This document shows positions 62,231 to 64,000 of a stretch of DNA of 64,000 nucleotides, one piece after another. Below the pieces are notes generated by a model that saw only the letters and a program-made list of their open reading frames with translations, did no database searches and was not told the origin of the DNA. Position numbers and translations under genes: made by a program. Each line of letters begins with the position of its first letter. Position 1 is the stretch's first letter. Source of the DNA: Camelus ferus (taxonomy: Eukaryota); contig NC_045696.1 of assembly GCF_009834535.1 (NCBI RefSeq), positions 71,052,001 to 71,116,000 on the forward strand, read 5' to 3'.

Positions 62231-64000
62231 CTTTTAGGTACTTGACCCAACTTATCTGAAAACTAATATCCACGTAAAAATCAACACAGAAGTGTNNNNN
62301 NNNNNNNNNNNNNNNNNNNNNNNNNNNNNNNNNNNNNNNNNNNNNNNNNNNNNNNNNNNNNNNNNNNNNNNNNNNNNNNNNNNNNNNNNNNNNNNNNNNN
62401 NNNNNNNNNNNNNNNNNNNNNNNNNNNNNNNNNNNNNNNNNNNNNNAGAGACAAATTTTAAATGCATATTACTAAGTGAAAGTCTGAAAAGGCTGCAGAG
62501 TGTAGGACTGCATTTACAGGCAAAACTATAGGGATAGTAAACAGATTAGTGGTTATCAGGGTTTGTTGTGGGGGAGGGTGCAGTGAGGATGGAATAGGTT
62601 AAATACAGAAGATTTGGGGGGCAGTGAAGCTATGTTGTATAATACTGTAGTGGTATATTACTATTAAATACTATACATTTTTCAAAACCCATAGAATTTT
62701 ACAGTACAAAGAGTGAACATATGTAAACATATGTAAACTTCAAAAAATCATTTAGGAGGCTGGGAGATCCCAGGATGGAATAAAGAATGTGACAAAAGAA
62801 ACCAACTATATTACAAATGTATGAAACAACCTCACTGAAGGAAGGAAGTAGGGGGAGTGGTGCTTACCTGTTACTTTGGAAATAAGTAGAGTCTGTAAGA
62901 CTAAAGGTAAAGGAACTGTACATAAGCACCATACTCTGGTTGATAACGTTGTTTCCCAGTGGGACATGCATTAACAATTTGGAAACAACTATACATGTAT
63001 ACCGGTTATGAAAAATTAAGTGAATTAATGGTGGATGGTGGGAGTCAGGTTTTTGACTGTTGGAGTGGGTGGTTGCAGGCTAGCAAGGGGAGAAAGCTAC
63101 AGTCATCCATGTGGTACTAAATTAGAGTTGGAGACATCATTATGAACGTGGTTAGCTTACTATAGATCCAGATGGCTACATATAGAAATAGTTATAAATA
63201 TGTGTTCGTATACATAAACCCATAACTATTTGTATGTGATTTAATTATTACCTCAAAATACCAACAGAATCAACAAGCTGTTGTAGCTAGTGAGAGAATT
63301 CAGCAATGCAGCCAGATAGATCAATCTACAAAAATCAATCGGACATGTCTACACCACCTGTAGCCAAGTAGAAAATGCAATAAAAAAGACGCTTTCACAA
63401 TGGTGAAAAAACTATAAAGTATCTAGGAATTTACTTAACCAACACTATATGAGACCTCTATGAAGAAAACTTTAAAGCTCAAAAGACACAGAAAATGATC
63501 CAAATAACTAGAAAGATATTCCATTGTCTTGTTAGTTAAAAAAAAAAACAATATTAATTGTTCCCCAGTTAATCTATACATTTAATGCAATCCCAATTAA
63601 AATCCATAAGGATTTTACGGAATGTAATAAACTTACTCCAGTATATATACAGAGAAATAAAGTTTCAAAATGAGCAAAGTCAATATATAAAAAGAAAAAG
63701 AAAGAGTGGGGCTTACCCAACCAGATAACAAGACATACTATAAGACTACAGTAATCAGAACAGTGTAGTACTGTTGCGAGAACAAATAGACCAATAAAGA
63801 ACCTGACCCACCTGTGTGATATGATATAAAAGAGAACATAATATGCAATAAATGTGGCACCACCATCACTAAAGAAAGGATAGATTGTTTGGTAGATAAT
63901 ATTGGAAAAACTGGTTCATTATATGAAGAAAGGTGAAAACCATGTTCCTATACAACAATACATACAAGTAAATTCTAGAGGATTCAACCTAAGTAAGAAA
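62230..64000 (+). mobile_element. Old LINE-1 (L1M-type) fragments: 3' end, then degenerate ORF2 RT-region sequence
   Basis: A-rich L1-like phrases (AAAGTATCTAGGAATTTACTTAACC, TTTAATGCAATCCCAATTAAAATCC, GACATACTATAAGACTACAGTAATCAGAACAGTGTAGTACTG). Confidence 0.75.

Overview
Mammalian genomic DNA, most likely a camelid. This is inferred from four copies of a ~135-bp tRNA-derived SINE resembling the camelid vic-1 family and from the absence of recognisable Alu, Bov-tA or PRE-1 elements. The window is the conserved block syntenic to human 3q27.1, in reverse orientation: PSMD2 (-, coding exons 1-10, runs off the left edge), ECE2 (-, 19 exons), CAMK2N2 (+), EEF1AKMT4 (-), ALG3 (+), VWA5B2 (-) with the mirtron MIR1224 in its last intron, then ~6 kb of L1/SINE-rich intergenic DNA. 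All exon boundaries were read by hand from splice signals and phase. Ten N-gaps (130-196 nt) hide all or most of six coding exons. I see no new protein-coding gene and no prokaryote-type system. The interest is in RNA processing. (1) EEF1AKMT4-ECE2 read-through would give a methyltransferase-metalloprotease fusion; the EEF1AKMT4 exon-3 acceptor regenerates a 5' splice site (CAG|GTGAGC), I found no canonical poly(A) signal after its stop, and CAMK2N2 lies antisense inside the fusion intron. (2) ALG3 has a U12-type AT-AC intron. (3) MIR1224 is a mirtron. (4) VWA5B2 needs a GC donor. (5) ECE2 has an in-frame uORF next to a (GGC)8 tract. (6) ALG3 has a candidate in-frame alternative first exon. 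(7) There are unexplained motif clusters: CACTGCAG x7, an E-box cluster and inverted RE1 halves. Comparisons with human or bovine sequences are from memory and need alignment.
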